From assembly GCA_965113315.1 (NCBI GenBank), contig OZ220364.1: a stretch of DNA of 64,000 nt; one strand, written 5' to 3'. Of this stretch, positions 24,341 to 36,009 are shown piece after piece; within the stretch, counting starts at the first letter, position 1; every line of letters starts with the position of its first letter. The position numbers were made by a program, and so were the translations under genes. This stretch comes from Podarcis vaucheri. Its lineage: Eukaryota. Below the pieces are notes generated by a model. That model was not told the DNA's origin. It was given only the letters and a program-made list of their open reading frames with translations, and did not search any database.

Positions 24341-24445
24341 ATAATATAATATAATATAATATAATATAATATAATATAATATAATATAATATAATATAAT
24401 ATAATATAATATAATATAATATATAGAATTGAATAGAATAGAATG
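24341..24445. repeat. (AATAT)n pentanucleotide microsatellite (left part at 23730-23785)
   Basis: Seen directly; follows an L2-like 3' end at ~23615-23730. Confidence 0.95.
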
Positions 24446-24795
24446 TTCACCACAACCCTAAAGTTTAAAAAACAGATTTAAAACTAAAAGGTCTGAACTA
24501 CAGGAGTTGTTTAAAAATACTTGGATGAAGCAAAAGATTTTCTCTTGGCATTGAAAAAAAAACCCATTAGGATATGCACTTGACAGCACTGGTTGTTCCA
24601 GAGCCTTTGTTGGCATAGATCACAATGTGTGAGTGTCCATTAGGCCTTTAATGGTTTGGGGGCAGATGTGACCATTCTCAGTCTCTTCACAAGGGATTCA
24701 TTTTGGTTTTTCCTCTTTGGCTTGCATTCCCCTTTCTCTCTGGTCTGAATCTCTCCCTACCTGCATGATCTTCACCATGCTGAATGTTAACTGTA

Positions 24796-25144
24796 AAGGT
24801 AAAGGTACCCCTGACCGTTAGGTCCAGTCGTGGACGACTCGGGTTGCACACTCATCTCACTCTATAGGCTGAGGGAGCCAGCGTTTGTCCGCAGACAGCT
24901 TCCGGGTCATGTGGCCAGCATGACTAAGCTGCTTCTGGCGAACCAGAGCAGCACAAGGAAATGCCGTTTACCTTCCCGCTGGAGTGGTATCTATTTATCT
25001 ACTTGCATTTTGATGTGCTTTCGAACTGCTAGGTTGGCAGGAGCTGGGACCGAGCAATGGGAGCTCACCCTGTCACAGGGATTCGAACCGCCGACCTTCT
25101 GATCGGCAAGCCCTAGGCTCTGTGGTTTAGACCACCCACGTCCC
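24796..25144 (-). mobile_element. Sauria SINE
   Basis: Reverse complement of the 19072 copy; imperfect TSD AATG(T/C)TAACTGTA. Confidence 0.9.
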
Positions 25145-26469
25145 AAATGCTAACTGTAGTTCGATGTAAATCAATATTTGAAACCCGATTCTGATTATTG
25201 TTTCAGCTGACTATAGCATCCCAGCCTGAGGGGCATGGGGAGCGTGTGAGCTCATGATCTCTCATTCATCATGATTCAGAGATTGGGAAGTGTTGCAACT
25301 GCGTTGAGCCAGGGAGAGACAGCCTTGGAATAGTTTGCCTGACTTCCAGTGCTTGCAGTTAATAAACAGCTTCCAAAAATTGCTGTTTGCAAATGAAAAT
25401 TTTAGTGGTGGATACAGTTCCTTCAGATACAAACCTCTGCAGTACTAAAGTCAGTGGCAATGTTAGAATGCCCTATGTATTTAGTACATTTCTTGATTAA
25501 CGGTTTCCCTGAAAAATATGCCAAAAACTGCTGGGAGTTGCTAGTGAAAAAGGGGGAAAGAACATAAAAGGATTTGTAAACATGCTTAATGGAGTTGATA
25601 GACTCTCCCCACCCCAAGCAAAGCGGATGACTAGAAAATTAAAGTCATGGCATTAATGCATGACTGCAAAGGGGATTCTGTCTAGTAAAAGACAGAACCC
25701 AAAGGATTTTTGGCTTTGCACATTTCCAAGCAATTCTTAGTTGAAACGACTTTATAAGAAGCACTGCTTATAAGTCAGCGTTAAGTCATTTTATGCTCCA
25801 GGTCAAGAGCCTGCAAGTATCCAACAAATAAGGAAATAACACATTCTGTATAATCATGAAAGTACTCTGTTATGCCCAATCTCCCTTATGATAGAAGCTC
25901 AAAATAAACAACTTTGTCTTTTTATATCTGTATTTAACATGGCATAACAAGCCAAGAGATTTGAGAGCTTGCTTCTGAATTCGTCTGTGAGGGAACGATC
26001 ATAATGTATCGTTAGTATTTGCATGGGGCTTTCAGTCAGTGTAAGGTATGAGCCTGAACTTCTTTAGAGAGAGAAGACAGGTGGGATTAAGGTAGCAACC
26101 TAAAAATATCGGCATTGACTTCTAATGAACGTGAATAAACAACCACATTTGCAAGCTGCAGATGCATTTGAAGTTGCTAGATTTTGGTTTTGCTGCATGA
26201 ACAGAGTAAGATCAGATTTCCCTTTATGGCTTTGACTTGCTGAGGGCAGGTTTCTCTGGAAGGGGGGCTGCCTTTAGTTAGTTCTTTTTGACAAAGGCAT
26301 TTAATACTAGGATGTGAGCCATGCTAGTAATTATTGTGTATTTTGGATTCCCACCTCTATCTATCTCTGATCAAGAATTTCATTTGGTGGGGTGAGTGAA
26401 GGTTCTGCTGTGTGAGAAAACTTTCCCATTCACTGTCAAGAAGAGGAGAGCTCTGTGCGGGGTTGTGTA

Positions 26470-26677
26470 CAGTGGTACCTTGGGTTACAGATGCTTCAGG
26501 TTACAGGCTCCGCTAACCCAGAAATAGTACCTTGGGTTCAGAACTTTGCTTTGGGATGAAAACAAATTGTGCGGCAGCAGCGGGAGGCTCCATCAGCTAA
26601 AGTGGCACCTCAGGTTAAGAACAGTTTCAGGTTAAGAGCGCACCTCCAGAACGAATAAAGTACCTGAGGTACCACTG
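26470..26677 (-). mobile_element. Tigger-like MITE family A, copy 6
   Basis: TIRs and TA flanks. Confidence 0.88.
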
Positions 26678-27139
26678 TAGTTCCTTGGGTTCAAATAGAC
26701 GTTTCTGCAAGCAGACATTTTTTGCTGAAAAAGCAGCATACCCTGTGGGTGGGGGATGTGCTAAGCAGCTAATTTTGATCTCCTTAACGCTCCATCAATC
26801 CGCCAATCCATCCCATTGCATGCATTTTGTGTGCACAGAACGAAAAATATGCACTTAAAGTACATACATTTAAATGTTTTTCAGTGAGTTCGTCAATACG
26901 CATTTGCACATACATAGTTTACATAATTTACATAAACCTCAAGAAGAGGTGGCGCGTCAAGAAAAAAGAGGAAAACTCACTGGAACAACTTTGCAAGTGC
27001 CACACATTCTTGGAACTCTTGCTGTTAATCTTGGACGCCTGAACCTTGGCCGTTGCTCCTGCCTTACTGTTGCTGCACCTTTCACAGGCCCTGCTTCACT
27101 ACCCCAGAATGTTTTTGCCTGGTTATTCATATATATAAA

Positions 27140-27280
27140 TTAATTAATTAAAATTAAATTAATATACCACCCTTCATCCATAGATCTTAGGGTGCTTCAT
27201 AAGATAAAATTGCAATATAAAAAACAGAAAATACATAGTAAAACTAAGAACAAAAACCAACTTAATAATTCTCCCTCCCA
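27140..27280 (-). mobile_element. L2-like LINE 3' end
   Basis: Minus strand ends ...GCACCCTAAGATCTATGGATGAAGGGTGGTATATTAATTTAA, similar to the ends at ~23615-23730 and ~13340-13495. Confidence 0.6.
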
Positions 27281-27386
27281 GGGTCAGTAGGAATCCCCAA
27301 GAAGCTGGCAAGGCAGACAAGGTCAAGTAACACGTTTTTTTCCTGTTTTTCCTTCTTCTGACACACGAACAAGGCACGGATGAATG

Positions 27387-27601
27387 TCAGTCAAACTTGA
27401 CAGATCTTATCGCTATGTCTCCACTGGGCAGAATTTTGCAGCATTCACCCCAAGCCGATCAGGGAACTTGATCGTCTGGTCTCCGCTGATCTTTACAGTC
27501 ACTTCCTCGTCATCAGAGGACATGCAGATCTTGGTGTCCTCTCCCTACTGGAAGGAGAACCCCCGCAGCTCCATGCCTCTGTACTCTGTCTCCTTGTAAT
27601 T
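27387..27601 (-). pseudogene. Processed pseudogene (C-terminal half) of a galectin-1-like beta-galactoside-binding lectin; probable 3' UTR continues to ~27281
   Basis: Minus strand reads NYKETEYRGMELRGFSFQ*GEDTKICMSSDDEEVTVKISGDQTIKFPDRLGVNAAKF, then a frameshift, then GDIAIRSVKFD*. This aligns to galectin-1 NSKDGGAWGTEQREAVFPFQPGSVAEVCITFDQANLTVKLPDGYEFKFPNRLNLEAINYMAADGDFKIKCVAFD*. It has an internal stop and a frameshift, and no intron at the position of the last LGALS1 intron. Confidence 0.85.
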
Positions 27602-27608
27602 GTGTCTC

Positions 27609-27949
27609 TGTGGTGCTGTGGGTTAAACCACAGAGCCTAGGACTTGCCGATTGGAAGGTCGGTGGTTTGAATCCCTGCGATGGGTTGAGCTCCCGTTGCT
27701 CCGTCCCTGCTCCTGCCAACCTAGCAGTTCGAAAGCACGTCAAAAGTGCAAGTAGATAAATAGGTACTGCTCTGGCGGGAAGGTAAATGGCGTTTCCGTG
27801 CGCTGCTCTGGTTCTCCAGAAGCGGCTTAGTCATGCTGGCCACATGACCCGGAAGCCAGCTCCCTCGGCCAGTAAAGCGAGATGAGTGCCGCAACCGCAG
27901 AGTCGGTCACGACTGGACCTAATGGTCAGGGGTCCCTTTACCTTTACCT
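27609..27949 (+). mobile_element. Sauria SINE (slightly 5'-truncated, no evident TSD)
   Basis: Family body and ACCTTT tail. Confidence 0.9.
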
Positions 27950-28512
27950 ACCCTGATGATGCCTCTTTTTTTATCTGGATGGAGAATAGAGGGGAGTGTG
28001 TCTATAGAAAACAGCTTTCTGTACAGAGGTAAAATTTCCATTTGTTGCTCCAGCCACTTTTGCCTCTGGCCATGCCCACTGAAGATTGCCCAAAGCAAAT
28101 GACATCTCTAGATGCCGAAAGGTTCCTCATCCTTCCCTTTATACCAACTGGGAAACCTGAAGCTAAGCTGCAAACAAAGAAGCTGAGTATGTAGGTAAGA
28201 ACTGATGTTGGTTTAAGGTAAACGAACAAAGGCTGCCTTGACACCTTCTCTTCTAAGTAGCTAATTAATCTCCATGCTAGCTAATTATCATCACTACTCC
28301 ATCCCTCCTTAATATGTTTCATTTACCACCTATCTTCTTTTTTGCAGCTGAGCCAGAGGGCAGTTTTGTTGCTGGAAATGAATATTGTATTGAACTCCCA
28401 GTCTAGCGAGATCTTCTGAATTTTCAATTTGCCATGCTGTTCCAGCATTCTTTTTGCCATTCCAGGGTGCATAAATTGGCTGTATAGACTTTGGGGAGGG
28501 GTACACAAATTA

Positions 28513-28953
28513 TTTTCCCAGTAGTGATGTATGGAAGTGAGAGCTGGACCATAAAGAAGGCTGATCACTGAAGAATTGATGCTTTTGAATTATGGTGATG
28601 GAGGAGACTCTTGAGAGTCCCATGGACTGCAAGAAGATCAAACCTATCCATTCTTAAGGAAATCAACCCTGAGTGCTCACTGGAAGGACAGATTGTGAAG
28701 CTGAGGCTCCAATATTTTGGCCACCTCATGAGAAGAGAAGACTCCCTGGAAAAGACCCTGATGTTGGGAAAGATTGAGGGCACAAGGAGAAGGGGACGAC
28801 AGAGGATGAGATGGTTGGATGGTTTCTCGAAGCTACCAGCATGAGTTTGACCAAACTGCAGGAGGCAGTGGAGGACAGAAGTGCCTGGCGTGCTCTGGTC
28901 CATGGGGTCACGAAGAGTCGGACACGACTAAACGACTAAACAACAACAGCAGC
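28513..28953 (+). mobile_element. RTE-BovB LINE 3' fragment
   Basis: RVPWTARRSNLSILKEINPECSLEGQIVKLRLQYFGHLMRREDSLEKTLMLGKIEG; (CAA)n tail. Confidence 0.93.
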
Positions 28954-28963
28954 ACCCAAATTA

Positions 28964-29320
28964 GGTACACGGATGGCGCTGTGGATTAAACCACAGAGCC
29001 TAGAACTTGCCGATCAGAAGGTCGGCGGTTTGAATCCCCGCAGCGGGGTGAGCTCCCGTTGCTCGGTCCCTACTCCTGCCAACCTAGCAGTTTGAAAGCA
29101 CGTCAAAGTGCAAGTAGATAAATAGGTACCGCTCCAGCAGGAAGGTAAATGGCTTTTCCGTGCACTGCTCTGGTTTGCCAGAAGCTGCTTAGTCATGCTA
29201 CCCACATGACCCGGAAGCTGTACGCCAGCTTCCTTGGCCAGTAAAGCGAGATGAGCGCCGCAACCCCAGAGTCGGTCACGACTGGACCTAATGCTCAGGG
29301 GTCCCTTTACCTTTACCTTT
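28964..29320 (+). mobile_element. Sauria SINE
   Basis: Family sequence; TSD ACCCAAATT at 28954-28962 and 29321-29329. Confidence 0.9.
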
Positions 29321-32300
29321 ACCCAAATTTTGCCCCTTAAGACTTTGAATGTACTCTAGATTCTGTGAAATTAAGGGGTGGATTTATTCATGTTGGCTGA
29401 TTTTACAGACACAGACAAAAAAGAGCAAGCCATTTGCCCAACACCACTGAGAAAATAAATACCTAAGCAGAGATTTTGTATGTAAGCCTCCAGCTTGGCT
29501 GTCAGTCAACAAGGACCTCTTCAGTGTTGGTGGCGTTTCTCATAATATTTTAAGTCAGTGGGTAGGGAACCCATGGCCCTACAGAATTTGCTGGATTCCT
29601 ACTGTCCCTGAACCTTGGTTATGCTGATGGGAGCTGGAGTTGAACAGCAGATGGAGGGCCACAGGATTCCCTAACCTCAGCTCAAAGTGACATGTGGCCT
29701 CCAAACAAATCAAGCTTAATTAATAAAGCAGTGTTGAAAGGGAAATTCTTGAATAAGAAAATTACTCTCCCTCCCTCCCTTATTCCCCTGCCCTCCAGCA
29801 CTTAGAAGTATCCATTTATACTTTTAGAAACTTTCACGAAGGACGTGAGTGCAAGCTGCAGCATACCTTTAGTTATTTTATAACCCTTCTCTGCCACCAA
29901 ACGTCTTTGAATCAAATAGATTTATAGTAATGTGAGTAATGGATAGGGGGCCAGCAAATCAAAATCTCATTTCAGCTGTTTGACACTAATGTTGTGCTGA
30001 GTTACTGTTCTCCGTGTTGGATTTCTGATCAAATTACTAAAATTGCCACTTGGAAGTGGGAATGGAGACGAAAATACAAACAAAATATTGTTATAAATTG
30101 AGTACTGAATTTCATAGTTAGCATATGCCATAGAAACCATTCTTTTTAATCCTGGCTATGTTGTGTGGTTTGTTTGTTTTTGTTTTTGTTTTGTTTTAAG
30201 GGAGTTTGATTGGTGACTTTTTCCGCAGAAGGCACAATTCCTAATATATAAATGTGATAAAAAGCCAGATTGTATTACAAATAACATGAGCGCAAGGATA
30301 ATTTGGATTCTTTATTTCTGATTTATTGTGATGTATACTGTTACTCTTCAACTGTAGAAATAACTAGGCATGCAAGCAAGGATGTGTTGCGAGTAACTCC
30401 ACCTTCCTAATGTGTAAAATACAGAACTATTGCATGCTTAACATGGGCTGTGTTTCCATGTACGGCAGTTTGACACATGCTTTATGGACTTCAAGTCCTT
30501 CAATGTTCTCATTTGAGGAAACCATGTGTGCATGAGTCTATCCGTGCCCACCCAACCACTGTTCCATGTTGAATTTTTTCTTCTCTGACGCAATATATAC
30601 AATAGCTAGCAGCATCCTGTGGTGAGATTTCTAACCTATATTCCATGTCAACAGCAGTTTCTGGTGAAGGCAGGATAGCCTACTTAAGACGTAGCCTACT
30701 TAAGACGCTGCTTAACCTCTGTGACAGGGCTGGGCAACTTCTTGTCTCCAGATATTGTTTGGCTCCAACTCTGTTGGCCTCAGCCAACAAGACTGGCATA
30801 TTGGAGCTCGATGGAAGTTGTGGTCCAGTAACATCTGGAGAGCCACAAGTTGTCCATAGAGGTATTGTTGTTGGTTTAATTTTTATCCCATGTTTTCAAT
30901 GAGAAGCTCAGAATGCTACACATGCTCTCTTCTCCCCAGTTTTTTCTCCACAACACCTCCGTGAAGTATGTTAGGGAAAGAGAGAGAGAGAGAGAGGACT
31001 AAGGTTGCCTCACACTCTTCTCAAACAGACATGTAATTTACACCAATCACATATGTAGCATCGGAGGCGTGAAATTGCTAACACTAAGTTCCTTTCAAGT
31101 TGCCGTTGTAGAGAGGAAATTCACTGCTTCCAAGCTGTTGGGCCTGGGAAAATCCTGGAAGACTCAGCTGCCAGTAGTGACCTCTACTTGCTACTACAAG
31201 CCAACCCCATAGAAATGGAAAACAGAAGGTTCCCTTGTCGTAAGCCCATTTGACCAAATATCCATAGTTAAAGGGTTGGGGTGGGACTCCCAGTGACTGC
31301 TGGATCTTTCTATGAATGGCCCTTATAGAATAGCCCGAAAGAGGGATCCATCAGAGATTTGGAAAGACCCACTTTAAAGGGAAATGGGAGAAGGGAGAGT
31401 GGCCTGTAACCGTTCCTCTTAATCTGCTATCCGGTTGATTTTCTGAGGATAGAGGAATAGTGCAGCATTCTTGTTTCTCGGCTTAAAAAGTTCAAGAACG
31501 TCGTTTCTAGTTGTTTTTCTTGCTGTCAGAACAGGCTAGGTATGATTGAATCAGAATTTTCCAATAGCATGGAATGCATTAGTACAGCAAGAGCTGTCAG
31601 TTTGTTTTGACATTAATTTTGCTGTCACTTTCATGTTCCTGAAATACTCAGACAAGATATAAAATAATAGTCACGGTTGAAAAACCAGATAGCGTGTGAT
31701 TGCCACAACTTTGTCTTCCTTCCAGAAACAGTGTTATCCTGATCTCAACCACTGGCATCACAAAGGCTTCCCCAGAAATTACCTGTTAATATTGCTACGT
31801 TCATTGGCACAGATTGGGTTAGTAATATTCATTTGGATCCAGTACAGCTTCCTGTGAGCACTTCTCCATAGGCTGGAGGGGTGGAGCTTGCAGGTTTTTC
31901 CTGAGGGACAGGCTGTAGACAGTTGGTGGTGAAAATGGATTTCAGAATGTGGACTGCTGTTTCTTCAGTCCTTGGCATTCCCCCATCAGGTTCGGGATAA
32001 GCCACTCCTCCCCTGCATGTCCATTGCAGAACCATGTTCCCTTCTGCTGCTTTGTAGCAGAGAAGGGACATCCATGTTTATAGTCCTCTGCATGTCTCCA
32101 CACTTTTTTTTACTTCTGATATGTCACTATAATATGCTGAACAGTATGAGAACAGGTATCTGGCTATGTATTCATGCATGCATGTATGCAGTGCTTTTCC
32201 CCCTTAAAAATGTTTAGGGGTGCTCTCATTTTGACTCAAGAAAATCACCATTTTATAGTTCAAATTGAGAAAAATAGATACAGTAAATGGACAAAGATTC

Positions 32301-32369
32301 ACAAAATGTTTAGGGGTATGTGTACCCCTGCGTACCCCCAGAAAAAGGACTTTGCTTGTTTGTTTGTTT

Positions 32370-32623
32370 NNNNNNNNNNNNNNNNNNNNNNNNNNNNNNN
32401 NNNNNNNNNNNNNNNNNNNNNNNNNNNNNNNNNNNNNNNNNNNNNNNNNNNNNNNNNNNNNNNNNNNNNNNNNNNNNNNNNNNNNNNNNNNNNNNNNNNN
32501 NNNNNNNNNNNNNNNNNNNNNNNNNNNNNNNNNNNNNNNNNNNNNNNNNNNNNNNNNNNNNNNNNNNNNNNNNNNNNNNNNNNNNNNNNNNNNNNNNNNN
32601 NNNNNNNNNNNNNNNNNNNNNNN
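32370..32623. other. Assembly gap (N run)
   Basis: Ns, flanked by (GTTT)n. Confidence 1.
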
Positions 32624-32664
32624 TGTTTACTCTGTAGGTGAATAATAATAACATCTAAAATATA

Positions 32665-32899
32665 CAGTGGTACCTCCGTTTACGAACTTAATTTATTCCG
32701 GAAGCCCGTTCTTACACTGAAAACATTCTTAAATTGAGGCACGCTTTCCCCAATGAGGCCTCCCGCCGCTGGTGGCCTTCCACCAATCGGCTTCTGTTTA
32801 TCCTCTGGGGCAAAGGTCGCTAGCCAAAACACCGGTTTTGCGGAGTGCATTGCCCGAGTTGTTCATTAACAGGACTGTTCTTCAACCGAGGTATGGCTG
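32665..32899. mobile_element. Tigger-like MITE related to family A
   Basis: TA-CAGTGGTACCTC...GAGGTATGGCTG-TA. Confidence 0.75.
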
Positions 32900-33873
32900 T
32901 ACAATAATTATCCAATATACGGAACTTAAAACATAAATTTAACTTCCAAAATATAAAGTGTTCAAAAATTTAAATTCTTTTCTTTCTTTCTTTTTAAGTA
33001 AAACACCTGAGAAGCATTCAGGGTACAGCTTTGTCCAGGTGTCTGAATCTCAGTAGGGATAGTGCCTTGTGGGAGGGAGTTGTGGCTTCAAAACCGAAGG
33101 CTGCTGCAGGAAGAGGTGCTCTAGCAGAGGTCCCCAGGCATGGAGAGCTTTGTATGTTAATGTCCTCACACTGGATGTGAGAATGTATAGGCAGTCATTG
33201 CCATCTCCAGGCACCAGTTCAGCATCAACACAGGTGCGTCTGGTACAGATGCCATATTGCAAGTAGAGGTCCACCTGGCCTAATATTGCCATTGTGGCTT
33301 GCAGCAGGTGTCTGTTACTTCCAAATAGCGGCCATGCAGATGGGCTGCTTGCATAGAAGAGATCTGGGTTGACAAAGAAGCAAAACACGTTGCTACAGCT
33401 TTCCCCAACCTGGACCTCTCCAGGTGCTTTGACTACTACTCCTATAGTCCCTGACCATTGGCCATGTTGAATGGGACTGACGGGAGCCAAATCGCAAGGA
33501 CCCCAGGTTGGGAAAGATGGGGTGCTCTATTGTGAGCTACAACCCCCACACCCAATCTCTCTGAACAGTAACCAGGTGGCTAACAGTTGGGAAAGAGATT
33601 CATTTATCAGTGAAATATTCTTTTTGGCAAGCAAATGTTTGGAAATGCAACATCCAACTTTGAAAGTAGGTCAGCGTAGACTGACTCTGGTGTCTGTTCT
33701 GTAGGACGTTGAGTGCATACGCCTGCTCACATTTCTTGAGCCATCTGTCTCTTGTATGTTCTAAGGAATATTATGCTTTCTATGGTACTTCATTAAATTT
33801 ATAATTTTCAAGGGTGATGGGGTGGGGGAAGCAAATGATATGGTGTTATCAGGAAAGAAACTAAAAACAGCAG

Positions 33874-34251
33874 TGTTGTTGTTGTTTAGTCATTTAGTCT
33901 TGTCCAACTCTTCGTGACCCCATGGACCAGAGCATGCCAGGCACTCCTGTCTTCCACTGCCTCCCGCAGCTTGGTCAAACTCATGCTGGTAGCTTCAAGA
34001 ACACTATCCAACCATCTCATCCTCTGTCGTCCCCTTCTCCTTGTGCCCTTGATCTTGCCCAACACCAGGGTCTTTTCCAGGGAGTCTTCTCTTCACATGA
34101 GGTGGCCAAAGTATTCGAGCCTCAGCTTCAGGGTCTGTCCTTCCAGTGAGCACTCAGGGCTGATTTCCTTAAGAATGGATAGGTTTGATCTTCTTGCAGT
34201 CCATGGTACTCTCAAGAGTCTCCTCCAGCACCATAATTCAAAAGCATCAAT
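33874..34251 (-). mobile_element. RTE-BovB LINE 3' fragment
   Basis: IDAFELWCWRRLLRVPWTARRSNLSILKEISPECSLEG on the minus strand; (TTG)n tail. Confidence 0.93.
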
Positions 34252-35165
34252 AGAGGGTCGCAATGTCATTCCTGTGGCATGCCCCTGTTTAGCATGCACT
34301 AGGCTCCATATCAAAAGAATGCGGGCGGATACAGTATAAGGGCATAAGAAGATTCATCATGTATCAGAGCAAAAGTCCATGTTGTTTGGTATCTTTGTTT
34401 CCTATGGTGGCCAACCAGAGGCTTCTTTGAATTCTGGGAATTCCACAAGCCGGGCTCAAAGGCCACACCCTACTTGTTGTTTTGTGGCATATTTCAACTA
34501 AAATGATAAAAAGGATTGGACTGTTTAGGAAAGCCTAAGTAGGTTGGGGATCCTCAGCTCTGGAAGGAGAAGGAGAAAGAAGAGTTAAGCATGATAGAAT
34601 TTAATGACGTGCAATGAAATTGAAATCGCAAACAGCAAACGATAAAAATAGACGGCCTCGATTCACACAACACATAATTAATAGAATTTGTGTTGTGATA
34701 ACAGTATCATAAGGTGTGGCCATTGGTTTGAGTGGCTTTCAAAAAGGTTGGATAAATCCCTGAGGTCGAGTCTGTCAATGCCTATTAGACGTGACAATTA
34801 AAAGGTATTGATTCTTTGGTCAGATGTGAGGATCGGCAGGGGGCTTTTAATCTGTATCCTCTCCCTGCTGGCAGCTGCGCATGAGAGTCAAGCTAGAGTG
34901 CTAGGCTGGGTCGACTTCTTATGTGATTCAGGGGGGCAGTTTTTATGTTGAGTAAAGTGTAGAGGAATGGATTTTAATGGTGGGAATTGTATTGTTAGGC
35001 TTTTTGCAAAAGACGGAGATTGTGTGGGTCGCAACGCAATGATAATGTTATCTTGCTCCTATTAAAGTCCATTAATTTTATTGGGTATACTCTCAGCATG
35101 ACTAACAGATACAGCCCCTAAGTGTTGGGTTGAGTAACTGGTTGAGTAACCAGTTTTTCTGTATC

Positions 35166-35433
35166 ATAGAATCATAGAGTTGGAAGAGACCACAAGGGCC
35201 ATCAAGTCCAACCCCCTGCCAAGCAGGAAACACCATCAGAGCACTCCTGACATATGGTTGTCAAGCCTCTGCTTAAAGACCTCCAAAGTAGGAGACTCCA
35301 CCACACTCCTTGGCAGCAAATTCCACTGTCGAACAGCTCTTACTGTCAGGAAGTTCTTCCTAATGTTTAGGTGGAATCTTCTTTCTTGTAGTTTGGATCC
35401 ATTGCTCCGTGTCCGCTTCTCTGGAGCAGCAGA
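35166..35433 (-). mobile_element. Young CR1 3' fragment
   Basis: Near-identical to 44800-45061 and 15775-15950; GTATC duplicated at 35161-35165 and 35434-35438. Confidence 0.92.
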
Positions 35434-35660
35434 GTATCTTGGCTTGCAAATGAAAAATGGTATGAACGTAGGAGCAGGGAATGAGGAAGTAAAATTGCAA
35501 GGTTGTAGGAAGCTCTACTGGACAGTGAGAACATATAGAGAAGATATGGAGAACAGTTTTTGTTGGTTTGTTTGTTTTTTCTGTTGAGTTGCACATTGCA
35601 CAAGTGACAATACTTGGACTAGCACAAAACACTAGTTAGATACCACCCAAGATACTCAAC

Positions 35661-36009
35661 GGGACGCTGGTGGCGCTGTGGGTTAAACCACAGTGTCTAG
35701 ACTTGCCGATCAGAAGGTCAGCGGTTCGAATCCCTGCGATGGGGTGAGCTCCCATTGCTCGGTCCCTGCTCCTGCCAACCTAGCAGTTCGAAAGCACGTC
35801 AAAGTGCAAGTAGATAAATAGGTAACACTCCAGTGGGAAAGTAAACGGTGTTTCCGTGCACTGCTCTGGTTCGCCAGAAGCGGCTTAGTCATGCTGGCCA
35901 CATGACCCAGAAGCTGCACATCGGCTCCCTCGGCCAATAAAGCGAGATGAGCACCGCAACCCCAGAGTCGGCCACGACTGGACCTAATGGTCAGGGGTCC
36001 CTTTACTTT
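35661..36009 (+). mobile_element. Sauria SINE
   Basis: Family sequence; TSD AAG(A/G)TACTCAAC. Confidence 0.9.

Noticed and set aside
23703-24341. Long overlapping ORFs (193, 161 and 131 aa)
   Set aside because: By-product of GC-rich 99-bp tandem palindromes inside a non-autonomous transposon; no transposase motifs.
32174-32654. ORFs spanning X runs (also 14036-14285)
   Set aside because: Artefacts of assembly gaps.
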